The notes: generated by a model from the sequence alone, not told the origin. 64,000 nt of DNA from an uncultured Planctomycetales bacterium (GCA_964478715.1 CAYZIY010000011.1:1980-65979); one strand, 5' to 3'; positions 28,772 to 39,260 are shown, numbered from the stretch's first letter. Numbers and translations: made by a program.

Positions 28772-29416
28772 TTATGGTAAATATTCCTGCAGGAGCGGTA
28801 TGATTGTCCGGACAAAGTTCTTCATGACGGAAATCGTTTGGGGTGTATTTTCATATGTTGCGGGTGAGGATACACGGATCAGGGCACTGCTGGCTGATTG
28901 TCCCACTAAAGTTTTTAGGGCAATCAGGATCTGCTGCTTCCAGTAGCTAGAGGTGAATATATTACCGACTTTAAACCAATAAAAAGCGATTTGTTTGTCT
29001 CCTCTTCCCTCGAGAGAGAGACGGTTGACGTCAATCACCAGATTTTCCTTTGGGACCGGAATCTTGTCTTTTTCATTTTCTAAAATCGTAATGCCGCCGC
29101 CGGTGTAGCAGACTTCCGGAGGATGCGTGGCCTTGCGGTTGTTTTCCGTGTAGACAATAAATAAAAACATCTGCTCGCCTTCGGGATTCGAATATTCCCG
29201 CACAAAGGCGTTGCGGGTTTCCAGAATCGCATATTCCTTGTCGCTGATAGGCAGTTCCCGCGAGGTCCATTCTCCAATTGTTTTGGGGAACAGATGAATG
29301 TCAACCGATGTTGTCTGCTTGTATCGTTTGAAATACAGCGACCATGTGATCACGGCCACTAAAAGAAAAATTGTAATTAAGACGATAAAATTTTTGTCTT
29401 TCTTGACACGCATCAT
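28772..29416 (-). CDS. epsI: EpsI family exosortase-associated protein
   Basis: FPKTIGEW, HPPEVCYTGGG, FYWF, ALIRVS; immediately downstream of exosortase. Confidence 0.92.
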   Translation of the reverse strand: MMRVKKDKNFIVLITIFLLVAVITWSLYFKRYKQTTSVDIHLFPKTIGEWTSRELPISDKEYAILETRNAFVREYSNPEGEQMFLFIVYTENNRKATHPPEVCYTGGGITILENEKDKIPVPKENLVIDVNRLSLEGRGDKQIAFYWFKVGNIFTSSYWKQQILIALKTLVGQSASSALIRVSSPATYENTPQTISVMKNFVRTIIPLLQEYLP

Positions 29417-30255
29417 TCCAAAACCTTTCCCACAAAATACAACAATACGAAAGCGATCGCAAAGACCAGGAATCCGGAGAAATCATGCACAAAGCCTGTG
29501 GCATATTGCGCCCCCCAGATTTCCGAGACAAAAGATAAAAAAATCACACGGATCACATTGGTGATAATGGCGATAGGAATTGTTGAAAGAAACAGTATCG
29601 TTTTTTTCACCCAGCCGGTTGTCATCCAGTAGGCAAAAATGCTACCCAGCGCGGTCAATGAAATCAGAGAGCGTAGTCCGCTGCAAACATCATCGACGAC
29701 AACATGGGTATGGCGCATCTTGATGATGCTGCCTTCCCGGATCGCCAGGATGTTCATCTTATTGAGTATGACGGCTGCGATATGGGCGGCGAACAGTTTC
29801 ATTTTAAAGCTGATATTGCTGATTACAACCATCGGAAGCGGAATCATAAAAAACAAAAAAGCAATGGGAAACGCGACAATTTTTAATATCGCGAATCCGT
29901 AAAAATGAAGAATCAAGCCGATGAGAACAAAAAGCATGGAAAAACCGGACGTAAAATAGACGCGGAACAGAGAACTAAAAACATGGATAACCAGGCCTAT
30001 GATGATCAGCTTCAATCCCAGCGGAGATGATTTGATCTTGCACTTGGCCAGTTCATCTCTCTTTTGCCAAATGAGATAAATGCTGACGAAAGGAATTAAA
30101 ATTCCATGTGAATAATAGGAATCACGGGCAAACCACCTCTGCCACATCCAAAGAAACGTCGGAATATACATAATCAGAAAGACGGCGATGAGGATGAGTT
30201 CGGACTGGAAGTTTTTAGCCGTTTTGAGCAGGTTTTTAGTACTAAGCTTTTTCAT
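29413..30255 (-). CDS. epsH: exosortase (EpsH/Xrt family)
   Basis: YYSHGILIP, FMIPLP, catalytic Cys in VDDVCSGLRS, NVIRV (Arg), HD (His); 8-TM pattern. Confidence 0.96.
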   Translation of the reverse strand: MKKLSTKNLLKTAKNFQSELILIAVFLIMYIPTFLWMWQRWFARDSYYSHGILIPFVSIYLIWQKRDELAKCKIKSSPLGLKLIIIGLVIHVFSSLFRVYFTSGFSMLFVLIGLILHFYGFAILKIVAFPIAFLFFMIPLPMVVISNISFKMKLFAAHIAAVILNKMNILAIREGSIIKMRHTHVVVDDVCSGLRSLISLTALGSIFAYWMTTGWVKKTILFLSTIPIAIITNVIRVIFLSFVSEIWGAQYATGFVHDFSGFLVFAIAFVLLYFVGKVLE

Positions 30256-30398
30256 AATATTGCCTCAAGCCTCAAGTTACAGGCTGCAGACACATGCTTC
30301 AGGCTACTTGCCCCATATTTTTTCGATCTGTTTCTATGAACGTCTACTGCCAGTATATGGGCCATCTTATAAATATCTAAATCTCTGTAATTTTGCAT
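30252..30398 (-). pseudogene. truncated four-helix-bundle (TIGR02436-like) gene remnant
   Basis: Manual translation MQNYRDLDIYKMAHILAVDVH..., the typical N-terminus, which then runs into repeat-derived sequence; 48 aa, with an ATGA overlap with exosortase. Confidence 0.65.
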
Positions 30399-30500
30399 TC
30401 ACTTTTACTTCTATATCTTGCAACCTGTGGTTTAAGTCACCAGTATTCAGCCTGTAAGCTTGCTGGCTGAATCTGTAGCCTGTGACTTGCAGCCTGCGGC
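30262..30500. repeat. degenerate heptamer arrays in inverted orientation flanking the remnant
   Basis: Left GCCTCAA GCCTCAA GTTACAG GCTGCAG..GCTTCAG; right CTGTAAG..CTGTAGC CTGTGAC TTGCAGC CTGCGGC. Confidence 0.65.
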
Positions 30501-30511
30501 AATAATTAATG

Positions 30512-31669
30512 TCAAACACTTCTCGCCTTCTCCCACCTGATCGACTGCCCCGACGAGAGATATTTGAGAAATCCCACCAGAGCCGAAAAATTCAATAAGC
30601 AAAACACGTAGGGCACATAGCAAAGCCATGCAATGGGTTTAAGCATACCATACTTTTTATCTCTTAACAAGTATCCGCACAGCGCCAGGATATAAAACAG
30701 AATCTGCAGCATCATGACTTCAAAATAACATCCAAAGATGGATGTCGCCAAAGGCATATTGACCAAAAATAAACCGATCATCAAAAAGGGAGCCGTCACC
30801 CTTAAAAATTTATGAGAGAAAAACTGGATAGCGATCGGGCTTTTGCCGGGATGAAAAAGATGGGCAAAAGCCCGGAACATCTGAAAATTCCCATAAAGTG
30901 TTCGTGTTTTCCGTCGGTGTTCTTCTTGTGGATTATCTGCAGGCTTATCATAAGCAATGGCCGAAGAATCAAAAATCGCCCGGTGACCCTTTTCGATTAT
31001 TTTAAGCGGAATATACATATCATCGAGAACAATATCTTCCGGAGGACTGCAAAAAAGTTTTTTTCGAATAGCATAAATTGCACCTGTTGCTCCAAGCATA
31101 GAATGAACTTTGCTTTCCGAGCTTCGCATCAACTTTTCATAATTCCAATACAAAGAAATCCCTCTGGATGTCGAACCTTTAGCAGATTTAAAAATAAGCT
31201 CACCACTTGCGCAACCTACTTTTGGATCCTCGAAGTTCTTTACTAGATTAGAGACGGCATTTGGATCAAATTCTTGTCTAGCATCTGTGAAAACAAGAAT
31301 CTCTCCCTTTGCTCTGCTGACAAGATTGTTAAGAACGCTAATCTTTCCTCTTCGATTTTTTTTATCTATAACTACTATGTTATCGGCTATGTTTTTCTTG
31401 ATAATCGATGCGGTATTGTCGCTGCAGCCGTCGCATCCAATGAGGATCTTGAGTTTACCTTTTTTATACTTGAGGCTCTCAAGATTCTTAATCTTATTTT
31501 CAATGACATCAGCTTCATTGTAAACCGAGATGAGGATCGAGACACTTGGCGTGATCTCTCCTCTCTCTACTTCCTTCTCTTGATAAAAAGAAAGTATCCA
31601 GATTCCAAGAGGATATCCGAAATAGCAATAAATCAATAAGATCAAAAACAACCAAAACAAGAAGCTCAT
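30512..31669 (-). CDS. glycosyltransferase family 2 (membrane-bound, CESA-like)
   Basis: ISVYNE, FTDAR, GATGAIYAIR, LDD, RRKTR; N- and C-terminal TMs. Confidence 0.92.
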   Translation of the reverse strand: MSFLFWLFLILLIYCYFGYPLGIWILSFYQEKEVERGEITPSVSILISVYNEADVIENKIKNLESLKYKKGKLKILIGCDGCSDNTASIIKKNIADNIVVIDKKNRRGKISVLNNLVSRAKGEILVFTDARQEFDPNAVSNLVKNFEDPKVGCASGELIFKSAKGSTSRGISLYWNYEKLMRSSESKVHSMLGATGAIYAIRKKLFCSPPEDIVLDDMYIPLKIIEKGHRAIFDSSAIAYDKPADNPQEEHRRKTRTLYGNFQMFRAFAHLFHPGKSPIAIQFFSHKFLRVTAPFLMIGLFLVNMPLATSIFGCYFEVMMLQILFYILALCGYLLRDKKYGMLKPIAWLCYVPYVFCLLNFSALVGFLKYLSSGQSIRWEKARSV

Positions 31670-31670
31670 T

Positions 31671-32480
31671 TTATTCCTTTACAATTGCGATAATCTGATC
31701 CGAAAGACGTTTATGGTAAATTGTTAGGAAACAACTAACAACGTAACTTCCGAGCAATGCAATGATATCGTTTGTTTTGAGAATCTTATTGAAGAAAAGC
31801 AAAATACCACCGTGAATGAGAAAGAATGAATAACAATGCGATTGCACAAGAAATAGGGCTCTGTTGAATGCATGCATCCTTTCTTTTGGTTTAATCTTTA
31901 AGACTCGAAATCCCGAGAAAAATTGTCTAAATAGAAATCCGCCAAAGAAAAAGATGTAAAAGAAATCGCTGCTTGGAACCAGTATTAAGAAGGCAAAGAA
32001 GCCTGTGACCATCAGAACGCTTCTGTAGATGGCATTTTTAACAAGCATTAGTACAGTTGCAAAACAGTAAAGGATAAGAATGAGAGTGATGAACCAGGAA
32101 ATAACATAGACGGGATTCTCAATAAAAAGACTTAAACCCAGGAATGTCATAGCGTCTTTAAACAGCGACGAGGATTTGTAACCTATGAGTGCATTAATGA
32201 TTATCACTACCAGGATAACACTCCAGTAAGGAACTAAAATCTTCAAGAATCTTTTCTTAAGCCACTTGAGCGGTGAAATTTTATTTTGGAAGGCGAAGTA
32301 GCCAGAAATAAAAACAAAAGCATGGAGTCCGAAAACATCAAGGTTAAATGTTTCATAACCTCTTTGGCCGAGGAAGTGAAAAAGAAAGATTGCATTCATC
32401 GCGAACAGGCGAACCAAACTGGCCCAAAATATCGGTGACGAATCGAAGCTACTGCCTGCTTTCATTCCTTTACTTTTCAT
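31671..32480 (-). CDS. acyltransferase family 3 (polysaccharide O-acyltransferase)
   Basis: RLFA..IFLFH, FVFISGY, KRFLKILVPYW, WFI; multiple TMs. Confidence 0.8.
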   Translation of the reverse strand: MKSKGMKAGSSFDSSPIFWASLVRLFAMNAIFLFHFLGQRGYETFNLDVFGLHAFVFISGYFAFQNKISPLKWLKKRFLKILVPYWSVILVVIIINALIGYKSSSLFKDAMTFLGLSLFIENPVYVISWFITLILILYCFATVLMLVKNAIYRSVLMVTGFFAFLILVPSSDFFYIFFFGGFLFRQFFSGFRVLKIKPKERMHAFNRALFLVQSHCYSFFLIHGGILLFFNKILKTNDIIALLGSYVVSCFLTIYHKRLSDQIIAIVKE

Positions 32481-33653
32481 TTAAAAAAGTCCTTTTAAAC
32501 TTTCCTGAATAGTATCCCATGAATACTTCTCTTGCGCCAGTTGTCTTGCGCTTATTTCGATCTTTTTGCGCTTCTGTTCATCAACAAACAGTTTGCCAAT
32601 TTGATCAGCAAAGCTTTTCGGATCATCTGCGATGAGGATGTTCTTATCGTGCGAAATATCAATTCCTTCAGCCCCTATCGATGTAGAAACGATGGCTTTA
32701 CCAAGAGCCATTGCTTCAAGAATCTTAAGCCTGGTTCCGGATCCGATTCTTAAAGGAACGACAAAGACATGATGTTCGCACACGGTTTGCTGAATGTTGT
32801 CCACAAAACCCAAAATAGACACGCTGGGATCATTTTTGGCTAATAATTTTATTTTCTTCGTAGGATTTTTGCCAACAATTGAAAAGCATGCATCGGGATG
32901 ATCTTTTTTCACAAGCGGATATATTTCTTCAAGAAAATAGCATGCTGCATCTTCATTAGGATGCCAGGCCATCAGCCCCACATAAATCAATGACTTGGGT
33001 CTATGCGGTGTCTCAGCTGGATAAAACTGTTCAAGATTAACCCCGTTTGGGACAACATCGACGGGCTTCTCTCCAATGCGGTTAATGATTTCTTGTCGAT
33101 CTATATCAGAGCACGTTAGAATTTGATCAAATCTTGACCACATAGAGGTCTCGAAGGTCTTTGTCTTGGCGTATTGGATTTTTGCAAAGCATTTCTTAAG
33201 GGGATTACTTTCAATCGCCTCATAGCGCTTAATAATACTAGATTCGATATTGTGCTCACAAAGAATTGACTTACATGGAAGCGGAAATTCAATATGAGAA
33301 GATTGATAAACTGAATCACACAGCACAAGATCTATTTCTTCAGATGCCATTACTTCCTTGATCTTAACAGCAAGATTGGATGAGGATACTCGAAGAACAT
33401 TGTAAGGAAGGTTTGAAAATACGCTTAGAAGAAGCAAAATAATCTTTTTGACATATGAAGCCGAGATTTTAGGCACAAGATGGATTTTTGCACACAGTGA
33501 CCCAATCTCCGGTTCGATCTCTTCCCTTCTTCCGGGACAGATTAAATGAATTTGGTTATTGGCTGCCAAACCTTTGAGAATATGAAAAGTGCGCATGCGG
33601 TGGCCATTGATCAAAGGGAAAGGCAATTCTTTTGTGATGAACAGTATGTTCAT
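32481..33653 (-). CDS. glycosyltransferase family 4 (PEP-CTERM-associated type)
   Basis: PFPLINGHRMR, EHNIE, VPNGV, GSGTRLKILEAMALGKAIVSTSIGAEG. Confidence 0.92.
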   Translation of the reverse strand: MNILFITKELPFPLINGHRMRTFHILKGLAANNQIHLICPGRREEIEPEIGSLCAKIHLVPKISASYVKKIILLLLSVFSNLPYNVLRVSSSNLAVKIKEVMASEEIDLVLCDSVYQSSHIEFPLPCKSILCEHNIESSIIKRYEAIESNPLKKCFAKIQYAKTKTFETSMWSRFDQILTCSDIDRQEIINRIGEKPVDVVPNGVNLEQFYPAETPHRPKSLIYVGLMAWHPNEDAACYFLEEIYPLVKKDHPDACFSIVGKNPTKKIKLLAKNDPSVSILGFVDNIQQTVCEHHVFVVPLRIGSGTRLKILEAMALGKAIVSTSIGAEGIDISHDKNILIADDPKSFADQIGKLFVDEQKRKKIEISARQLAQEKYSWDTIQESLKGLF

Positions 33654-33682
33654 TGGAGCATGTCGATGGCTTTCTTCTTCGC

Positions 33683-34792
33683 CTATATAAGAAGATTAAG
33701 AAATTCCAAAGCAGGAGCGGCGCGAATTCCTTCAGGGGTGATGTAGTTCTTTTTGCCCGTAGCATGGATTTGCCAGGCTTCGGATTTCGGAAACTTGTTT
33801 TTTAGATACTTCAATGATTTACTGATTGCATCATCCGAGTATTTGCATTCAATTAATGTGACTGGAGAATTGTTTTCAACAATGACAAAATCGACTTCCC
33901 GTCCGTCGATATCCCGGAAATAGCGAAGATCAATATCGCGTCCTTTAGTGTCCTGCTCATAATGAATCCATTTTAAAAGATGTGATGCCACCAAATTTTC
34001 AAAGCGCTGCGGCCATTGCGGCACCAGAGACCAGTCAAAATGATAATGCTTTTGCTCTTTTTTGACGGCTCGGATCTTTGGTGCGCCAAAGGGGCTTAAT
34101 CGAAAGATCGCATAAATTCTTTCAAGCACGGCGATCCAGGACGAAAGCGTTTTATGGCTCACCTGGAGGTCTTCACGTAAGGCGTTTAATGAAAGCGGAC
34201 TCGCCACAAGATCTGGAAGGCGAATCATCAGGAGTTCCAGGCGGCCAAGATCCTGGATTCTTTCTAAAGAGAGAACGTCTTCGCGAATCAATCGATTGCG
34301 ATATTCCCGTGACCATCTTTTGGCTTCTATTTTTGATCCACCGAGAAAAGGTTCGGGAAAGCCTCCCAATTCAAGAAGAGACATGAAATCTTCTTGTTTC
34401 CTGATTTTTAGCTCTGCAACAGATAGCGGATGGAGACGCAGATAATGATATCTTCCCTGAAGAGAGTCTCCCCCAAATCGGTATAAATCCAATCTGGCGC
34501 TTCCGGTTACGAGGATTTTAAGGTTTTTTGGCGAAGCATCGTATAAACCTTTGAGATAATTACGCCAACCCCTATATTTGTGCAACTCGTCAAAAACAAG
34601 GAATTTAGCTGGTGGAAGCTCACGCTTGAGGATGAGCTCACGATGTTGTGCAATATCCCAATTCAGGTATCCTTTGAAATCTTTAAGAACGGCTTTAGCA
34701 AGGGTTGTTTTTCCGACCTGACGCGGTCCTCCGAGAAACACCATTTTTTTGGATAAATCGTGATTAACTTGAGAAGTCAGATAACGTTTCAT
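33683..34792 (-). CDS. AAA+ ATPase with DUF4143 domain
   Basis: GPRQVGKTT, FDELHK, VTGSA, SLQGR, GGFPE, FENLV, EVDF..IECK. Confidence 0.9.
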   Translation of the reverse strand: MKRYLTSQVNHDLSKKMVFLGGPRQVGKTTLAKAVLKDFKGYLNWDIAQHRELILKRELPPAKFLVFDELHKYRGWRNYLKGLYDASPKNLKILVTGSARLDLYRFGGDSLQGRYHYLRLHPLSVAELKIRKQEDFMSLLELGGFPEPFLGGSKIEAKRWSREYRNRLIREDVLSLERIQDLGRLELLMIRLPDLVASPLSLNALREDLQVSHKTLSSWIAVLERIYAIFRLSPFGAPKIRAVKKEQKHYHFDWSLVPQWPQRFENLVASHLLKWIHYEQDTKGRDIDLRYFRDIDGREVDFVIVENNSPVTLIECKYSDDAISKSLKYLKNKFPKSEAWQIHATGKKNYITPEGIRAAPALEFLNLLI

Positions 34793-34798
34793 GATTCA

Positions 34799-34827
34799 AT
34801 TATACAATGAATTTCCACCATAGTCAA
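34799..34827 (-). promoter_or_regulatory. sigma70 promoter producing a probably leaderless transcript
   Basis: TTGACT-N17-TATAAT, with the ATG only 6 nt past the -10 box. Confidence 0.7.
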
Positions 34828-34893
34828 ATTTACTCGCGTGTATTCTTGACAGTACTCAAAAACAATAATTATTGTATTTTCGTACTCTTTAAT

Positions 34894-36012
34894 CTATTTA
34901 GTGAGTTGAGCGTATAAGTCAAAATATTGCTTCGCCATGGTTCGGGCAGAGAATTTCTCTTTAACAAGTTCATGTCCCTTCAATGCCAGTTTACGTGCCT
35001 TTTCTTCGTTTTCAATTAAATCTTCAACAGAATTGGCGATGCTTTGGGGGCAACTATGTTCGATTAAAAAACAATGTTCGCCGTTTTTGACAATGGAAGG
35101 AATGGCGCCTACTTTTGTGGTCACAACAGGCAGTTGGCAGGCCAGCGCCTCCAGCAAGACAAGCGGAAGTCCTTCTCTTAATGAGGGCAAGACAAAGATG
35201 TCAAACGCTTTGTAATAATCCTGAATATTTTCTCCGATTCCCGCAAAAACCACATTTCCTGAAATGCCTAATTTTTGTGCACGCATCTCAAGCAGGTGTC
35301 GCATATCCCCTTCTCCCACAAGCAAAAAGGTTGTATTGGGATGGGCTTCTATAATTTCTCTGGCCGCATCCAGAAGAAAAACCAAGCCTTTTTGAACACT
35401 CAGACGTCCGACATAGCCGATTATGCGGTGACCTAAGGGGATATTAAATTTTTCGCAAATTATTTTTTTATGGTCCTTCTCATTAGAAGAAAATTTATCC
35501 AGATCGATTCCGTTGTAAATGGTAACGGACTTCGATTTAACAAGAAGTTCTGAGCGAATCTCCTTTGAAATAGCGTCCGATACCCCGATAACGGTATGGA
35601 AGAAATTCATAAGCAGTCCATCAAGAAACTCGTAGCAGAGCAATTTTTTACTCTCTTTAGTCCACAAATGATTGGTGGCAAAAAGTTTTGCCGGTGTGAA
35701 TCTGGCCGCCAGCCATCCGTAAAAATCAGCCTTGTAATCATGACAGTGAACAATATCGATTCCATTGTTTTTGATGATTTTCCTGATGGTCGATACGCAG
35801 GAGAAATCGATCTTTCCTTTGCAGTCACAAGGAAAAGCCTCAATGCCGCAATTTTCTGCTTCGCGCACCAGCTCATCATGCGGATTTGAGGTACTGCGCA
35901 AACAAGCGATCAAGCATTCGACATCTTTTTCTTTCAGCTCTTTGCAGAGATTTAAGATGACGCCTTCAGCGCCGAAAAAACCACCAGAACTTCGTAGATG
36001 TAATATTTTCAA
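34894..36012 (-). CDS. glycosyltransferase family 4
   Basis: GGFFGAE, IYNGID, VGRLSVQKG, EGLPLVLLEA. Confidence 0.92.
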   Translation of the reverse strand: MKILHLRSSGGFFGAEGVILNLCKELKEKDVECLIACLRSTSNPHDELVREAENCGIEAFPCDCKGKIDFSCVSTIRKIIKNNGIDIVHCHDYKADFYGWLAARFTPAKLFATNHLWTKESKKLLCYEFLDGLLMNFFHTVIGVSDAISKEIRSELLVKSKSVTIYNGIDLDKFSSNEKDHKKIICEKFNIPLGHRIIGYVGRLSVQKGLVFLLDAAREIIEAHPNTTFLLVGEGDMRHLLEMRAQKLGISGNVVFAGIGENIQDYYKAFDIFVLPSLREGLPLVLLEALACQLPVVTTKVGAIPSIVKNGEHCFLIEHSCPQSIANSVEDLIENEEKARKLALKGHELVKEKFSARTMAKQYFDLYAQLTK

Positions 36013-36033
36013 TCAGACCTCCCCTGCTCAAAG

Positions 36034-36061
36034 GTTTTGAGTTTTGAGTTTTGGGTTTTAA
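36034..36061 (+). repeat. short heptamer tandem repeat
   Basis: GTTTTGA GTTTTGA GTTTTGG GTTTTAA. Confidence 0.6.
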
Positions 36062-38076
36062 TCTTCCTTCAATACTATTTCCGCCAACTCTCTCCTCGCC
36101 TCTTCCCAGACATCCGGATCGGTAGACCAACTGATGTCCGCATGAACATACGACGGATCCTTAGGGTCGGTGACACCCACTTCCCAGAGCACTTTGGGGA
36201 TCATTTCATTGACAATTTCTTTCACTCCCTGAGGATCAATTTTGGCGGCCATGGTCAGATAATCCACATCCTGAATTCCGCGGCGCCAGTGTTTAAGCCG
36301 CAAACTGGCAATAGGCCCATCCAGCCCATAATCTTCTCTGCGGAATCGCTTTTCTGTGCCGGGATAGAACAGAACGCCGTCACCGTTGCTATAATCCGAA
36401 CCGGTTTCTCCGTATTTCGCGTGCCGTTTATCCCATTTCCGGCCAAAGGTCCAGGCACTTTCAAAAACATTGGTTTCATGATTCGCATGCGAAGGATTTC
36501 GATAAGATGTGGAGTGCCAATAAAACCACCGGGCAATTTTATGTTTAAATTGGGTCCATCCGACAACGCGCAGGGCCACACCGTCATCCTCAATGGCAAA
36601 AGATCCGGTCGACGGCCGCCATCCGTTATAAGCCCAGTAATCTTTTCCTTCTCTTTGGTAATTTTTAACGATTGGGCCAAAGACATCCGCATCGCCCCAG
36701 CCGGTAAAAGCGATATCAACTGAGGGCATGTGCTTTTCGACTCTTGGAAGAAGACTTGTGGCAAGTGTTCTTAAGCGTTTCCCTTGTTCAGGATTTTCAT
36801 CAATCCAATGGGCCCACCGCTCCACATCATCAAAACTTTTTGATCGAGGCTCATCCAGTAAATAAAGGAAATATTCCACTTTTGGCGCATATCGCTTAAA
36901 CCACTCCACCCAGAGATTGCTTAGGAGCCATAAGTCCCGCTTATTATCTTCATTCCATTGACGCCTCCATGCTCCATAGGTCCCGATGGAATACACATTG
37001 CTTGTTGATGCCTTGCCCGGACCGTCATAGCCGTTTTTTTGAGAAAAAGCGTCACCGCTTAATACATCCACCCATTTTTTGGTATGATCATCAAACCTCT
37101 CATCAGTATTGCTGGGCTCTATCCCCATGCCGGGATCAATGAGGGAAATTTTATGACGATGCGCAACCTTATGATGATTAAGCCAGATTCGATCCAGTCT
37201 TTTTTTATCCTGTTTGCTGACTTTACTCCAGTTAGGCCACCTCTCTCCATAATAGCGGTCACGGATATCTTCATCCTGGTAATAAAGCATGGTTTTCGCA
37301 TGGGGTAAATCTGGCAAAGCAAAATTTAAAACCTCAAGCTGAACAGGAATTGAAACATCTTTTTCTGTCGCTGACTTTACAGTAAGAATGCCTTTATAAA
37401 AACCCTGATCGAGATCCTTTGGAATATAGATATCAATCCAGATGCTCTGGTTATTTTCCTTTTTTATGTCAAAGGCGCCGACAGCTTCGATAGGAACGGC
37501 GATGTCGGGATAAAATTTATTCGCATTGGGGCGGTTTTCAAAGCGGCCGCGGGACTTTCCTTTAGGTAATTTATAAGGCAGGCGTAATTTTTCGGGGACA
37601 TGTCTTTCATCATATTCGGGACGGTACAGAAGACGCGTCAGCCCTTTGATTTGCAGATAACGGATATAAAAAAGCTCAATATTACGATCCACAAAATCAA
37701 ACACATTATTTTTCGGGACTTTTTTAGAGCTTATCGTTTGACCGCTGTCGTTTTCCAAATGATCAAAAATAATATGGACATCCTGCAGATCCCTGCGCGG
37801 GGCCTCGATAATCAGATTGAAGGCAATCACCTCATTGCGGGCGCCGAAAAGACGGATTCTCTCCCCGTCCCAAATGCTGTTGGTGACGTCTTTTCCTCTG
37901 GCGGCTCTCAGCTCATCCCGGGTGACCTTATCTTCCCCATTGTTGGCCCAGATTTCAATTGGCCGGCTGAACACAAGACTCTTAATCGGTTTTTCTTTTG
38001 AAATCCCGACAAGGGCGATGAAAAGCCCTAAAAGCAAGATAAAAATTCCTAGAAGTCTATTTCTGTCTTTTTTCAT
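36058..38076 (-). CDS. DUF4091-domain putative glycoside hydrolase, N-terminally anchored
   Basis: N-terminal TM; LFGARNE, IWIDIYIP, YLLDEP, GDGVLFYPG, SLRLKHWRRGIQDVDYL. Confidence 0.78.
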   Translation of the reverse strand: MKKDRNRLLGIFILLLGLFIALVGISKEKPIKSLVFSRPIEIWANNGEDKVTRDELRAARGKDVTNSIWDGERIRLFGARNEVIAFNLIIEAPRRDLQDVHIIFDHLENDSGQTISSKKVPKNNVFDFVDRNIELFYIRYLQIKGLTRLLYRPEYDERHVPEKLRLPYKLPKGKSRGRFENRPNANKFYPDIAVPIEAVGAFDIKKENNQSIWIDIYIPKDLDQGFYKGILTVKSATEKDVSIPVQLEVLNFALPDLPHAKTMLYYQDEDIRDRYYGERWPNWSKVSKQDKKRLDRIWLNHHKVAHRHKISLIDPGMGIEPSNTDERFDDHTKKWVDVLSGDAFSQKNGYDGPGKASTSNVYSIGTYGAWRRQWNEDNKRDLWLLSNLWVEWFKRYAPKVEYFLYLLDEPRSKSFDDVERWAHWIDENPEQGKRLRTLATSLLPRVEKHMPSVDIAFTGWGDADVFGPIVKNYQREGKDYWAYNGWRPSTGSFAIEDDGVALRVVGWTQFKHKIARWFYWHSTSYRNPSHANHETNVFESAWTFGRKWDKRHAKYGETGSDYSNGDGVLFYPGTEKRFRREDYGLDGPIASLRLKHWRRGIQDVDYLTMAAKIDPQGVKEIVNEMIPKVLWEVGVTDPKDPSYVHADISWSTDPDVWEEARRELAEIVLKED

Positions 38077-39260
38077 GAATCAACATCTTTCCATTGTTTA
38101 ATAATAGCATCTACAGCCCCTTGAATGCTGTATTCTTTCGATTTTTCAATGCTGTTTCGCCCCATTCTCTTAATTTCTTGCGGGTTACCCAGCAATAGTT
38201 TTACTTTTTCTCCCAAAGATGAGATATCTCCGGCTTCCACCAAATAACCATTATAGCCGTCCCGGACCATATCAGGAATGCCGCTGATTTTGGTGCTGAT
38301 AATCGGCAGCCCGCTGGCCATCGCCTCCATGATGCTGACCGGACTGCCTTCCAGATAACTGGGAAAGACAAAGACGGATGTGTGATGATAATAGTGGCTT
38401 AGGTCATTGTTGTGAACGGCGCCGGTAAATGTTATTTCTTTTTCTAGATTGAGATTGTTGGCCTGTGATTTAAACTCTTCCCTATCTTGACCTTCTCCAA
38501 CAATGGTGCAGTGGACATCAAGGCCTTGCGATTTAAGGTTAGCGACGCACTGAATAAGATCTGCAATTCCTTTATGCTTTACCTGTCTTCCAACAAAAAT
38601 GATCTTGTTTTTTGGGTAAGATCTGATTCCTTTGGAGTGAAACTTCTTAATATCAATTCCTGTTGTGTTGACAATTGTTTTTTTGTTGGAAAAGAAAAAA
38701 TTCTTATCTATGTTGTCTTTTAGCTCGCTTGAGACCGCAAAACATACCTGACAATGCTTGATGACTGGCTCGAAACTTCTTTTTCTAAACAAAAGATTCC
38801 CGGTTCCTCCATTGTGGAATGAAAATGGGATGCCGGTAAGCCGCGAGGAGAGCATAGCAATAACGGTTTGTCCCTCAGCAAAATAGCAATGAATATGATC
38901 AGGATTTTGCTTCTTGATATTGATTGCGATCCAAAGGTATTTTAAAAAAATTTTCCAGTTAATCTTACGAGCAAAGACATCGACAAGGATGGACTCATAG
39001 ATCGATAATTTCGAAAACAAAAATATTATATGCGCCATAACCGCTCTGCCAAATGTTGTTTCCTTTTTTATATAGAAAACGGGACATTCAAGATAGTGTT
39101 CTTTTTGGAATACAGATTGATTTGATGGCTCATTAAGGGAATAAATGACAACACTGATACCTCTTCGCTTTATCTCAATAATTTGGCTAGCAATAAAGGA
39201 ATTGGAGATTTTTGGAAACTCACCGACGAAATAGGCGATGTTTTTAATTTCTTTCTTCAT
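38073..39260 (-). CDS. glycosyltransferase family 4
   Basis: EFPKISNSFI, FVGRQVKHKG, EGSPVSIMEAMASG. Confidence 0.9.
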   Translation of the reverse strand: MKKEIKNIAYFVGEFPKISNSFIASQIIEIKRRGISVVIYSLNEPSNQSVFQKEHYLECPVFYIKKETTFGRAVMAHIIFLFSKLSIYESILVDVFARKINWKIFLKYLWIAINIKKQNPDHIHCYFAEGQTVIAMLSSRLTGIPFSFHNGGTGNLLFRKRSFEPVIKHCQVCFAVSSELKDNIDKNFFFSNKKTIVNTTGIDIKKFHSKGIRSYPKNKIIFVGRQVKHKGIADLIQCVANLKSQGLDVHCTIVGEGQDREEFKSQANNLNLEKEITFTGAVHNNDLSHYYHHTSVFVFPSYLEGSPVSIMEAMASGLPIISTKISGIPDMVRDGYNGYLVEAGDISSLGEKVKLLLGNPQEIKRMGRNSIEKSKEYSIQGAVDAIIKQWKDVDS

